This document shows, one piece after another, positions 45,505 through 55,307 of a DNA stretch of 64,000 nucleotides. Every line of letters starts with the position of its first letter. The first letter of the stretch is position 1. The stretch is from positions 1 through 64,000 of the forward strand of contig CBDFKD010000001.1 in NCBI GenBank assembly GCA_965248695.1, read 5' to 3'. The translations under genes were made by a program, and so were the position numbers. The notes below the pieces were generated by a model. It saw nothing but the letters and a program-made list of their open reading frames with translations, was not told the origin of the DNA and did no database searches. The stretch is from Acidobacteriota bacterium. Its GTDB lineage: Bacteria; Acidobacteriota; UBA890; WLXD01.

Positions 45505-46803
45505 ATGTCACTGCTGTCTGGCCGCATCGCGGCCCTGGGTACCGAGAACGCATTCAAGCTGGGTGTCGACATCCAGCGCTGCCTCGATCGTGGGATGGAG
45601 GTCATCAAGTTCAATCTGGGCGAGCCCGACTTCGACAGTGCCGAACACATCAACCGCGAGGCTATCGCACAGATCAATGCTGGAAATTCTCACTACTGCG
45701 ACCCTGCCGGAATCCCGCGGTTTCGCGAGAGCATTGCACAGCACGTCTCGAGCAGTCGCGGGATCGAGGTCGATGCCGACCGCGTGGTGGTCACTTCGGG
45801 TGCCAAGCCGCCGATCAGCTACGCGTTTCAAACCTACGTCGACGCCGGCGACGAGGTTATCTACCCGAGCCCGGGGTTCCCGATCTACGAGTCGTGGGTC
45901 ACGTACCTCGGCGCCGTGCCGGTGCCGTTGCAGCTGTCGGAGGAGGCGGGCTTCGCCTTCGACGCCGACGAGCTGGCGGCGCTGATCACCGAGCGTACCA
46001 AGCTGATCATCCTCTGCTCACCGTCGAACCCGACCGGAGGCGTGCTCTCCGACGAGGTCCTGGGTGAGATCGCAGCGGTGATTCGCGAGCGCTGCCGCCC
46101 GGAGGTCAGGATCTACACCGACGAGGTCTACGAGCACATCCTGTTCGACGGTGAGACACACCACAGCATTGCCTCCCACCCCGGGATGCCCGAGCGCACC
46201 GTCCTGGTAAGCGGCCACTCGAAAGGGTTCGCGATGACCGGATGGCGGCTGGGGTACGCGGTGTTGCCGACGGTCGAGGAGGCGGCGATCTTCAAGCAGC
46301 TCAACATCAACATCGTCTCCTGCGTGCCGGCGTTCATCCAGGAAGCCGGGCGCGAGGCGTATGAGAGCCCGGAGTCCGAGCGCACCGTGAGCGAGATGGT
46401 GCAGGCCTTCGAGAGACGCCGTGACTGGGTGGTCCCGGCTCTGGGTGACATCGACGGCATTCGCTGCCAGAATCCGAAGGGTGCCTTTTACGTGTTCCCG
46501 AACGTCGCCGGAGCCTGCGAGCGACTCGGGATTTTAGAGGCCCACGTGGCCATGGAGCCGCAGGCGCGGGCGCGCACGAGCCCCTCGGGGCTGCTGCAGA
46601 TGTTCCTCCTGTATCGCCACGGCGTGGCGACGATGGATCGTCCATCCTTCGGCGCGATCGGTGCCGAGGGCCAGCACTTCCTGAGGCTGTCCATCGCCAC
46701 CGGGATCGAGCAGATCAAGCGCGGTGTGGCGCGCATCGCCGAGGCGGTCGAGGATCCGCAGGGCTTCGCGAGATTCCTCGAGGAGGAGCGTCTGTGGGAC
46801 TGA
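45505..46803 (+). CDS. Class I/II PLP aminotransferase
   Basis: GEPDF, SPSNPTG, DEVY, SKGFAMTGWRLGY. Confidence 0.92.
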   Translation: MSLLSGRIAALGTENAFKLGVDIQRCLDRGMEVIKFNLGEPDFDSAEHINREAIAQINAGNSHYCDPAGIPRFRESIAQHVSSSRGIEVDADRVVVTSGAKPPISYAFQTYVDAGDEVIYPSPGFPIYESWVTYLGAVPVPLQLSEEAGFAFDADELAALITERTKLIILCSPSNPTGGVLSDEVLGEIAAVIRERCRPEVRIYTDEVYEHILFDGETHHSIASHPGMPERTVLVSGHSKGFAMTGWRLGYAVLPTVEEAAIFKQLNINIVSCVPAFIQEAGREAYESPESERTVSEMVQAFERRRDWVVPALGDIDGIRCQNPKGAFYVFPNVAGACERLGILEAHVAMEPQARARTSPSGLLQMFLLYRHGVATMDRPSFGAIGAEGQHFLRLSIATGIEQIKRGVARIAEAVEDPQGFARFLEEERLWD

Positions 46804-46837
46804 GTCGTGTTTTCCGACGCCGCCCGGGAGGAGCCGT

Positions 46838-47872
46838 GTGAGTGATTCGAGGATCTTCGTGACCCGCAAGATGCCCGACCCTGGGATGACGATCCTCGCC
46901 GACTCAGAAGCGGTGATCACTCTCGGCACGGAGGTCGAGGCGGAGGGCCTGAGCCGGGAAGAGCTGTACGAGGGCGTGCGCGGCTGTGATGTGCTCGTGT
47001 CGTTGCTCACCGAGCAGGTCGACCGCGACCTGATGATGGTCAACGAGGGCCTGCTCGGCGTTGCCAACATGGCGGTGGGCTTCAACAACATCGACATCGC
47101 CGCGGCCACCGAGCTGGGGATCCCGGTATCCAACACTCCGGGCGTTCTGACCGACACCACAGCGGATCTGGCGTGGGCGTTGTTGCTGGCGGTGGCGCGG
47201 CAAATCCCGCAGGCCCACGAGTACATGGTGCGGGGCGACTACAAGCTCTGGGGGCCGAACCTCTTCCTCGGCGGCGACGTAAGCCCGGGGGCGAGTGGCG
47301 GGCGCAAGGTGTTGGGCATCGTCGGGTATGGGCGCATCGGCGCCGCAGTGGCCAAGCGGGCGCTCGGGTTCGACATAGACGTGCTGGCATTCGATCCCTA
47401 TGCCCGGAAGGCCATCGACGAATCGCAGTGGGCCAGCTGGGCCGACCTCGAAGAGCTCCTCGAGCGCAGCGACTTCGTCAGCCTGCATCCGCTGCTCACC
47501 GACGATACGCATCATCTGATCGGCGAGGCGGAGCTGCGCCGCATGAAGCCCACCGCCTATCTGGTCAACACCTCGCGAGGCCCGGTGGTGGACGAGGCGG
47601 CGCTCGTGTGCGCCCTCCGTGAGGGCTGGATTGCCGGCGCCGGACTCGATGTCTACGAGGACGAGCCGGCAATGGCGCCGGGCCTCGCCGAGCTGGACAA
47701 CGCCGTGCTGCTTCCGCATATCGCCAGCGCCTCGCTCGACACGCGCGGCAAGATGAGCGCCATGGCGGCAACCAACGGGCTGGCGCATCTGCGCCGCGAG
47801 CGCGCTGCCAACCCGGTCAACCCCGAGGTCTACGGCACAGAGCCCTATCGCCGACGTACGGGCGCTGTTTGA
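46838..47872 (+). CDS. D-glycerate dehydrogenase / glyoxylate reductase
   Basis: NTPGVLT, GYGRIG, NTSRG, LDVYEDEP, PHIAS. Confidence 0.9.
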   Translation: MSDSRIFVTRKMPDPGMTILADSEAVITLGTEVEAEGLSREELYEGVRGCDVLVSLLTEQVDRDLMMVNEGLLGVANMAVGFNNIDIAAATELGIPVSNTPGVLTDTTADLAWALLLAVARQIPQAHEYMVRGDYKLWGPNLFLGGDVSPGASGGRKVLGIVGYGRIGAAVAKRALGFDIDVLAFDPYARKAIDESQWASWADLEELLERSDFVSLHPLLTDDTHHLIGEAELRRMKPTAYLVNTSRGPVVDEAALVCALREGWIAGAGLDVYEDEPAMAPGLAELDNAVLLPHIASASLDTRGKMSAMAATNGLAHLRRERAANPVNPEVYGTEPYRRRTGAV

Positions 47873-47918
47873 TCTCGCTGGCGTCGCCGAGTCATCCCCG
47901 CGATGGCCAACCGCGAAC

Positions 47919-49076
47919 TTAGAGATCCGCGAGCGCAGCCATCCGGTCCAGGGCCAGACCGCGGCACCACATCCAGAACGCCCCGAATCCCAGCAACGAG
48001 ACGGTTGGCGCTACCAGTCGGCCAACGTGCGGCAGACTCGATAGCAGTCCGAGCAAGAGCAGGCCGATCAACAGGGGCAAGGTCCGGGCCGCGGCCCCGC
48101 TCAGCTCGGCGCCCCGCAGCAAGCGCTCCCCGACAGTCGAACCGACGATGACCGGAGCGACGACGCCGACCATGGCGGCGACGACGATGGTCACCAGTCC
48201 TGCGGCCACCAGCCCGAGGCCGAGGGCCGGCCACAGCAGGCTCCACAGACCTGCCACGCCGAGGACGAGGCCAATCACTCCCGTCAGGAGCACCACCAGG
48301 AGCCCAGAGGCGATGACGCCGACGGCTGCAATGGCCCCCTGACGCAGCACTCCCAAGGGTGAATGCTCGAGCTCGAGGCGCAGCCGGCGCGGCCACTCCG
48401 GGACAAGCCGAATCAGCAGCATCCCGGCGAGCATCAGCACAGCAACTCTCCTGGCTTGGCGGCCGAGGTCGACGCGGGACGCCTGAGCTGCCGCACCGTC
48501 GGTCGGAGTGCCTTCGTCGGCGTGAACGCTGCCGGCGATGCTTCCGGCGACGCTTCCGGGCAACGCCACTTCCGACGCCTCGACCACCGCGTTGCCGCCG
48601 ATGTCGCCGGCCAGGCGTGCCTGGTACCCCGCCAGTAGCAGGTCGCCATCGATCCTGCTCCCGGTCTCGGCAACGAAACCGAAGCCACCGGCCAACACGG
48701 CGTCCCCGACCCGCGCTTCCGAGTTCAACGTGAGCATCCAGCCGGCGGCGCGAAGATCGTCGCCGACGGTGCCGTTGATGATCACCGACCCGCCGCAGGC
48801 GGTGAGGTCGCCGCCCACGGTGCCGTTGAGCGTGATCAGAGCCCCATGCGCCATGACGTCGCCGGTGACGGTTCCGTCGATGACGATGGTCGTGCCCAGC
48901 ACGTAGAGATCGCCTTCGATCACTTCGCCGGCGCGCACTACCACGGTGTCTCCGATGCGGTGCTCGAGCGCCACGACAGGGTTCGGCGTGAGGGTCATGA
49001 GCACCGCTGCCGCCCCCTGCACGAGGCTCCGCAAAGCACCTCGACGGAGGCCCTGGCGGATCTTGTCGGCGCTCAT
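47919..49076 (-). CDS. Bactofilin-like repeat membrane protein
   Basis: Repeated IxGxVxGD motifs followed by several TMs. Confidence 0.75.
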   Translation of the reverse strand: MSADKIRQGLRRGALRSLVQGAAAVLMTLTPNPVVALEHRIGDTVVVRAGEVIEGDLYVLGTTIVIDGTVTGDVMAHGALITLNGTVGGDLTACGGSVIINGTVGDDLRAAGWMLTLNSEARVGDAVLAGGFGFVAETGSRIDGDLLLAGYQARLAGDIGGNAVVEASEVALPGSVAGSIAGSVHADEGTPTDGAAAQASRVDLGRQARRVAVLMLAGMLLIRLVPEWPRRLRLELEHSPLGVLRQGAIAAVGVIASGLLVVLLTGVIGLVLGVAGLWSLLWPALGLGLVAAGLVTIVVAAMVGVVAPVIVGSTVGERLLRGAELSGAAARTLPLLIGLLLLGLLSSLPHVGRLVAPTVSLLGFGAFWMWCRGLALDRMAALADL

Positions 49077-49471
49077 TCGTCTTCACCTTCTGCAGCCATC
49101 GTCGCGTCGCCTTCGGCATTCGTCGTCGTGTCACCGTACCCCTGACCCAGCAGATCCTCGATGAACGCCGTCGCTGCATCCGGTCCACGGACAGCGAGTC
49201 GAATGGGGCCGCTCTCGGATTCGAACGACAGTTCGAACGTCAACGTCGGGCAACAACGGCGCTCCATGTCGATGAGACGAACAAGCTGGGGGAGTAGATC
49301 GACTGTCCTGTCGTCGCCGGGAAACTCGAGCACGTGGCCGTCATCCAGCTCGCGCAGGCGCCGCGTTCGTTGCAATAGCTCCAGGATCTGCTGCCGTCGC
49401 CGGGGTAGCTCCTTAGCGCTCAAGCTGCATACGGAACGCATCTCATCTGCCGCGGTCGGGTCCGTCGCCAT
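49073..49471 (-). CDS. Small Cys-containing protein divergent from the MerR-type regulator
   Basis: AGGAGG RBS; CSL...ELDDG...ERRCCPTLTF. Confidence 0.75.
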   Translation of the reverse strand: MATDPTAADEMRSVCSLSAKELPRRRQQILELLQRTRRLRELDDGHVLEFPGDDRTVDLLPQLVRLIDMERRCCPTLTFELSFESESGPIRLAVRGPDAATAFIEDLLGQGYGDTTTNAEGDATMAAEGEDE

Positions 49472-49544
49472 CTCGCCTCCTGTTGCTGGCACGAATCGGG
49501 GCTCCCCGACCCGCCTGTCGTGGGATCGCTCGTCTGCAGGTGCT

Positions 49545-49575
49545 ACGCTAGAACTTAAAGTCAACTTCAAGTCAA
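49545..49575 (-). promoter_or_regulatory. MerR/SoxR-type promoter with 19-bp spacer
   Basis: TTGACT-19-TAGCGT containing the soxbox-like dyad CTTGAAGTTGACTTTAAG. Confidence 0.85.
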
Positions 49576-49597
49576 GAGGCTTGTGAGGGACCGTGCG

Positions 49598-49984
49598 ATG
49601 AGCGTGATGAGAATCGGCGAGGTTGCCGAGAAGGCGGGCCTGCGGACCTCGGCGTTGCGATACTACGAGCGCGTCGGATTGTTGCCGGCGCCGATGCGGC
49701 AGAGCGGCCAGCGCCGTTACACGGAGGAGGTGTTGACGCGACTGGCGGGGATCAAGGTGGCGCAGCAGGCGGGCTTCTCCGTCGAGGAGATCAAGCAGCT
49801 GTTCTACGGCTTTCGGCAACACGCGGCACCGTCGGAGCGCTGGGCCGACCTGGCTCGCGCCAAGCTGCCGCAGATCGAGGCGCTGATGCTCCGTACCGAA
49901 GCGATGAAGGCGCTGCTGGAAAAAGGAATCCGCTGTGGCTGCAGCTGCCTCGACGAGTGCGACCTGATCGAGAACGAATCGTGA
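49598..49984 (+). CDS. MerR-family SoxR-like regulator
   Basis: IGEVA...SALRYYE..GL...SGQRRY; C-terminal CGCSCLDEC. Confidence 0.88.
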   Translation: MSVMRIGEVAEKAGLRTSALRYYERVGLLPAPMRQSGQRRYTEEVLTRLAGIKVAQQAGFSVEEIKQLFYGFRQHAAPSERWADLARAKLPQIEALMLRTEAMKALLEKGIRCGCSCLDECDLIENES

Positions 49985-50343
49985 GCGCGGCGTCGACGGC
50001 GCGTGCGTTCGCAGTGGATGAGCAACACCAGAACGGTGAAGCCGTCTACGCTCGGGCCCCCGCGTACCGCTTGGCGGGTCTTGATTTTCGCCGTCGCGAT
50101 AGTCGGCCTCCGCTGGTGATCTACGACCTCGAGGGCAACCCGGTACATCGGTTCGCCGAGGGCTATCACCGGGTATTCCAGCCGGTCTGGTCGCCCGACG
50201 GCCGGTCGATTGCCTACGCCGCGCGCCGGCGAGAGGGGGAGGGCGCCGAGATCTTCGTCGAGGGTGTCCTGACGTTGCCTGCCGGTGACGGATCGGCGGA
50301 GCCACGCTGGCCACCTGGCCTCAGTGCCCAAGAGAGGACTTGA
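49981..50343 (+). CDS. PD40/TolB-repeat-containing short ORF (possibly a fragment)
   Basis: QPVWSPDGRSIAY; ends inside the att duplication. Confidence 0.45.
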   Translation: MSAASTARAFAVDEQHQNGEAVYARAPAYRLAGLDFRRRDSRPPLVIYDLEGNPVHRFAEGYHRVFQPVWSPDGRSIAYAARRREGEGAEIFVEGVLTLPAGDGSAEPRWPPGLSAQERT

Positions 50344-50381
50344 ACCTCCACGAGCCTAAGCTCACTAGGTCTGAACTTAGC
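50323..50381 (-). repeat. Displaced 3' half of tRNA-Leu (att site)
   Basis: 50323-50352 identical to 53051-53080; similarity continues to the anticodon arm. Confidence 0.9.
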
Positions 50382-50646
50382 TGGAGCGTCCTGATCAGGA
50401 TTGCGGACCATTGTGAAATAGAGGGAATCGCTAGCAACGGCGCATGGTTGCGCGGCTTTGCCGAGTGCGCAGGTTTGCGAAGCAGTGTGAAGCGATGCAA
50501 CGGCTGGTTGGTGCGACTCTTGCTGACAGGTCCCCAGGACTCACGAGTCTCAGCTCAAGGTTCATTGTGGAACATTGTTTCGCCACCCTGCCGGCCTCAG
50601 TAGCTCAGGCGAGAGCAGTTGGCTCGCAAGCCCCGGCGGCGGGCCG

Positions 50647-52530
50647 CTACGGCACGATCACGATTGCCTCGTTCGAGGGAACAACCTGAACGCCGCAATT
50701 GTTGCCGGGATAGATGCGAACGTGGTAGATGCCCGACCCAACTGAGTTTGCCACTAGCGTCGTGTTCGTCCTGCCGAGGTCGAGGTTGGGCACCAGGTTC
50801 GACAACCCCGGCCCAGAGCCCGCCCGTAAGAAGTACGTGGTGGGAGCGTTCCCGCCGCCGGGGTTATTCCAGGTCAGCGTCACAGTTGACCCGCTAACTG
50901 TGAAGGAAAGGCCCGTTACTGCACCTGGTGGGCCAGTACACGGTCCGGGGCCGCCTCCAACAACCAACAGCACTTCGTTCGACCGTCCACCTGTGCCCGC
51001 TGAGCTAGTGGCTCGCATAGCGAGGTAGGCCGTCAAAGGTTGCACGTTCTCGGCGATCAGCGGGTTTCCAAGCCCCACGTTCGAGACGAGGATGTCCGTG
51101 CCTCCTGAAAATGACCCTACTTCCAAGATGTAGGCGGTCGGTGTGTCACCGGAGGCGGGTGGGTTCCACGAGATTGTGACCGTCGAGCCGTCGGCTGACG
51201 CCGTCAGGTTCGATGGAGCGCCCGGAACGCTGTCTTCACCGCCACCACCACCGCTTCCGTTGCCCGATCGGAAGTTCGCCACAGTACCGGCAGTCTCCCC
51301 GATGACACGAGCGTTATTGGAAACGCCTTCAATGCCCGTGGGGCCTGCTTCCGATCCGGTGTAGGACACGTTCGGGTTCGAGAAGACGTTGAGCCGTTCA
51401 CAGACAGCCGCGAACGTGTCTACACATAGGTTCCAATACGACATGACGGTTCGCCACGACTTAGCCGCCGATGGTCCGATGTGGACATGGCCCCGAGAGT
51501 CCTCGAGGTAAGCTCCGCCCCCCCCGTACGGGTCGTGTCCGGCTCCCAAGTTGTGCCCGATCTCGTGGACGAAACTAAGGTTCGACAAGCAATCGAAAGA
51601 GATCACGCTGGTCCCCCAGTAAGCCAAGGAGGGGGTGGCGAATCCGTAGAGCCAAGCGGATCCGCAGAAGCTGATTGAGTACGTGAGCATGGCGACGAGG
51701 TCTGCAGCGTACTGGTCCCGGACCCCGTCGATTGACCCCGACTCCGTGAGCCACTGCAAGTCTCTTCCTGTGGAGGATGATTCCGAGTAGTCGATCTCCT
51801 GGGTATTGGCCATAGTCAACCGAGCGGCTTGGCCACTGACGAGGAAGGCGCTGTTAGTCTGGGCAACCCCCAAATATGCGAGATTCTCAATTGCTGTCGT
51901 ACCACCTGCGAGCCGACGTGCGTTCGGCGTGTACAGCACTAGGATCCTGATATCGTCGGCAGAGTCTTCGGTCGTTGGCGATGATCGCTTCGTTTCCGAG
52001 TTAGCTGTGCCGCTCGGAGGAACGGGGAGGTGCTCCGGTGGAAGCAGCGTCGGGTCAACCTCGAGAACCCGATGTTGCCCAGCCCGCCCCGGTCTGATGC
52101 TGAAGGTTCGTGGCGCGTCGCTGATCTCCGCCGTCAGCACCCCTTGGTGAACAACGAAGATGGCCTCCTGGTATGGCCGATCTGCAACGTAGCCGACCCA
52201 GACATATCGCCCGGATGCGTAGCGCTCGAAGCGAGAGAGGATCACGACAAGTGACGCGTCAGGAAACAGGTCGAGGCGAATCGTGGCTCCTGGGCGTGGA
52301 TCTCTACGAGCCGTTGTGTCGCGACCCGGACCAGCTAGAACATCGAAGTTGACGCCAACACGGCGCTCGCGGACGACGTAGGGTTCCCGTGCCACCCGCG
52401 GCTGACTCACCGGTTCGAGTTCGACGAAGAGGCTCTCGGCAACTTCTTGCGCACTGCCGTGGCTAGCAGGCATGAGCAGCGCCGCGAGCGCAACCGCCGG
52501 CATCCCTAGGCTCGTCATCGATGGCCGCAT
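50647..52530 (-). CDS. Secreted reprolysin-like (metzincin) metallopeptidase with two Fn3 domains
   Basis: HEIGHNLGAGH, Met-turn TVMSY, PGAPSNLTA...VTISW. Confidence 0.88.
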   Translation of the reverse strand: MRPSMTSLGMPAVALAALLMPASHGSAQEVAESLFVELEPVSQPRVAREPYVVRERRVGVNFDVLAGPGRDTTARRDPRPGATIRLDLFPDASLVVILSRFERYASGRYVWVGYVADRPYQEAIFVVHQGVLTAEISDAPRTFSIRPGRAGQHRVLEVDPTLLPPEHLPVPPSGTANSETKRSSPTTEDSADDIRILVLYTPNARRLAGGTTAIENLAYLGVAQTNSAFLVSGQAARLTMANTQEIDYSESSSTGRDLQWLTESGSIDGVRDQYAADLVAMLTYSISFCGSAWLYGFATPSLAYWGTSVISFDCLSNLSFVHEIGHNLGAGHDPYGGGGAYLEDSRGHVHIGPSAAKSWRTVMSYWNLCVDTFAAVCERLNVFSNPNVSYTGSEAGPTGIEGVSNNARVIGETAGTVANFRSGNGSGGGGGEDSVPGAPSNLTASADGSTVTISWNPPASGDTPTAYILEVGSFSGGTDILVSNVGLGNPLIAENVQPLTAYLAMRATSSAGTGGRSNEVLLVVGGGPGPCTGPPGAVTGLSFTVSGSTVTLTWNNPGGGNAPTTYFLRAGSGPGLSNLVPNLDLGRTNTTLVANSVGSGIYHVRIYPGNNCGVQVVPSNEAIVIVP

Positions 52531-52633
52531 CGATGTCTCTTGTCGGCGGGATGGCAGTCGCGCGCGGGGGGTATACGTCGCACATCTTCTCCGTACGGGC
52601 GCTCGTTAACCGGTTTCGGCGCCGTGTCGGCTG

Positions 52634-53029
52634 GTGGGTTGTGCGGCCCCCAACTCACCTGCCCATGTAAGTACGCTCAGGGAAGCGGTTTCGATTATCG
52701 GGGACAAGGGGGAGAAACGTAAAGCCTCAGCACGGGACCGGGTGACGCCCCATACGCTGCGGCATTCGTGGGCGACCACGCTGGCCGGACACGGAGTCGA
52801 CCGGCACGACCTCAAGAGGTGGGGTGGGTGGACGCAAGACACCACTGTGAGTCGTTACGTCGACGAGGCGCGCACCGCGAAACGCCAGGTCAAGACGGTG
52901 CGGATCGACGAGATTCGATTCTTCGAGCCGACGCTGGAGGTGCTAGGCAGCGTCGCTCCCACAGATAACTTGGTGCGAATCTTGGTGCGACTCGGTCAGA
53001 TCGGCTCGAAGGCCGTTTCCGGCGCGTGA
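52634..53029 (+). pseudogene. Tyrosine integrase C-terminal remnant
   Basis: PHTLRHSWAT...GGW...TTVSRY; N-terminal part missing. Confidence 0.75.
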
Positions 53030-53052
53030 CGTAAACCCCCATGAACATCAAG

Positions 53053-53136
53053 TGCCCAAGAGAGGACTTGAACCTCCACGGGGTTGCCCCCACTAGGTCC
53101 TGAACCTAGCGCGTCTGCCAATTCCGCCACTTGGGC
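53053..53136 (-). tRNA. tRNA-Leu(CAG)
   Basis: GCCCAAG/CTTGGGC acceptor, CTAGG-TT-CAG-GA-CCTAG, long variable arm, GTTCAA T loop. Confidence 0.97.
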
Positions 53137-53200
53137 AATAGCGGGCGAGTATAGCAAGGGTGGAGCAGACCGTGGCGACATGCTGTCGAGCTCTGGTAGC

Positions 53201-55030
53201 TCAGCGCATCAGGGGCAGATCGGGCTCCACCGACGGACGTACGAGGACGCCGAGGTTGCGGGTGTCGCCGCTTCCTTCGGTGTCGAACATCGGTAGCGTC
53301 CCCTGCTCGGACCAGATGCTGAGCCGGTACAGCCAGCTGGGTCCCTCGATGTAACGCTGCGTTTCGTCGATCGGGAGAGTGAGCTCGATGGCGGTGCGTG
53401 GCTCGATGTGCCGCTCGATCACCTGGCTGCCGAAGCGCACCACGACTCGGTTGGGCAGCGAGCGATTGCGGATCCGGAGCGTGATGCTCTCGGCCGGAGC
53501 GGCGGTTCGCAGCACAACCTCGGCCTCGCGCCCTCCTTTGGTCCAGAATCCGCCGATGCCCGCCTCTGACAGATAGGTGTTGTCGTCGAGGAAGTAGGCG
53601 TGAAACATCGCCGGTCGCATCTGGCGCCGCGCTCGCGGGTTGGTGTTGAACGGCAGGTTGTGGAGAATCGTCAGCTCTACCGGGAACAGCGTGTACGGCA
53701 TGCGTGTCGTGTGTGCCGCCGGTCGGAGCGAAGCGGTTACTGGGCTCAGCACGATCTGCGCCAGGCAGGCGCCCCAGACGACCCACGAGGCCGCCGAAGC
53801 GGTGACGCGTGAGGCGGCGGGCAGCAGGAAGAAGAGCACCGGGTAGACGTTGGCGAAGTAGCGGCTGCCGACGGTTCCGCCGCCGCCGATCCAGTTACCG
53901 CGCACGTAGAGCAGGATCGCCACAATCTCCAGAAGCCAGAACGCCGCCAGCAGGCCGCGCGGGCTAAACAGGCGCCGGCGGGGACTGACCAGGAACAGTC
54001 CCAGAGCCAGGACCGCGGGAAACATGTAGAGCACCATGCCGCCGTTGCGCCCGATCCAGACATAGACGACGTCGCGGGCGAACGTGTCGAGCGGCGGCAG
54101 CGCGGCCGCAAAGTCCGCCAGGTTGGTGGTCATGTCGATGCCGATCGAATCGAACGTCGCATCGGGACCCATGAAAGGGTACGAGGTGTTGACGTTGAAC
54201 TGCCGGCGGTCCCCGCCCTGGTAGTTGGGGCTTCCGATCCACGCCCAGGTGACGGCGAACATCGCCACGATGACGCCGGCGCAAAGCGTGCCGCAGGCAA
54301 AGGCGCGGCCCCAGCGTCGTCGCGACAGTTGCCACAGCAACAGCGGGGCGATGAGCAGCAGGTTGGGTGGCTTCGAGAAGATCGCCAGACCGTAAACAAC
54401 CGCTGCAGCATAGTCGGTCCACTCACCGTCAAGCAGCGAGCTGCCAGCCGTGCTGGCGGATCCGGTGCGCGCTTCCTTGTACAACCAAAGAAACGTCGCC
54501 AGGAACATCAGCGTGCAGTTGAACCACTCCGGCGTCATCCAGAAAAAGTAGAGGGTTACGACGGAGCCGAGGACGTACGTAACGGTGAACAGGCTGGCCG
54601 TCGCCGACGAGGATTCGCGGCGCGCATAGGCAAAGCCGGCGGCGAGCATCGCTGCCAGCAGCAGCGCGTGCAACACGAAGAAGCCGTTGTCGCCGAACAG
54701 TCGGACGAAGGGCGCAGCGACAAACGGGTAGATCCATGCCTTGGAGTAGTAGAGGTGCCCGTTGGCGGGATTGCGGACGAGGAAGATGCCCGACGGGCCG
54801 CCGCCGTAGCCGGCGGCGTAGACGCGCTCGAGGTCCTTGCGCTCGTAGCGGATATCGCCGTCGAACGCGAAGCTGTGGGCCATCGAATGGTAGACGGCCT
54901 CGTCGCTCCAGAAGATGCCCGTGTGGGTGCCGTTGGTCTTGTTGTCGGCGACGCGCAGGGTGGCGGCGTATCCCAGCGCGGCCAGTGATATGAGCACCAG
55001 GACCAGCGCTGGCAGGCGGCGTCCGAGCAT
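53201..55030 (-). CDS. Polytopic membrane protein, GT-C glycosyltransferase-like
   Basis: WSDE..Y in the first loop, many TMs, G.RY. Confidence 0.65.
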   Translation of the reverse strand: MLGRRLPALVLVLISLAALGYAATLRVADNKTNGTHTGIFWSDEAVYHSMAHSFAFDGDIRYERKDLERVYAAGYGGGPSGIFLVRNPANGHLYYSKAWIYPFVAAPFVRLFGDNGFFVLHALLLAAMLAAGFAYARRESSSATASLFTVTYVLGSVVTLYFFWMTPEWFNCTLMFLATFLWLYKEARTGSASTAGSSLLDGEWTDYAAAVVYGLAIFSKPPNLLLIAPLLLWQLSRRRWGRAFACGTLCAGVIVAMFAVTWAWIGSPNYQGGDRRQFNVNTSYPFMGPDATFDSIGIDMTTNLADFAAALPPLDTFARDVVYVWIGRNGGMVLYMFPAVLALGLFLVSPRRRLFSPRGLLAAFWLLEIVAILLYVRGNWIGGGGTVGSRYFANVYPVLFFLLPAASRVTASAASWVVWGACLAQIVLSPVTASLRPAAHTTRMPYTLFPVELTILHNLPFNTNPRARRQMRPAMFHAYFLDDNTYLSEAGIGGFWTKGGREAEVVLRTAAPAESITLRIRNRSLPNRVVVRFGSQVIERHIEPRTAIELTLPIDETQRYIEGPSWLYRLSIWSEQGTLPMFDTEGSGDTRNLGVLVRPSVEPDLPLMR

Positions 55031-55307
55031 GGTCGAGAGGGTACAACAGCCGGAGTCGGCGTGTTCCTGCGGCAGATGCTATGCTTCGAGCGTGGCCGTA
55101 CGCTGACCGGTACCACGGGTTGCGGCCGCGCGAAGGGCCTTACGTTTCGCTCACCCACCCCGATCTCGGGGCGCGAACGGTATGGCGGCCCCGCGGCGCG
55201 ACCACTCAATGCGCAGCATCGTAAAGGCGCAGCATCGCACCAGACACTCGCACGTGAACATACGATGAGACTGCGCGCACGAGACAACTGTCAGCATAGA
55301 GCTGTAA

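Larger units (their letters stand above)
50382..53050. mobile_element. Reduced genomic islet at tRNA-Leu(CAG)
   Basis: Flanked by the tRNA and its duplicated 3' half; contains an integrase remnant. Confidence 0.8.

Noticed and set aside
27055-49188. Long Arg/Pro-rich antisense or alternate-frame ORFs in the host region (e.g. 27055-28461, 37202-38296, 47845-49188)
   Set aside because: Shadow ORFs of high-GC genes, with no motifs, RBS or coupling.
55060-55300. Possible ncRNA upstream of rnr
   Set aside because: Only short GC-rich hairpins, with no recognisable motif or second copy.
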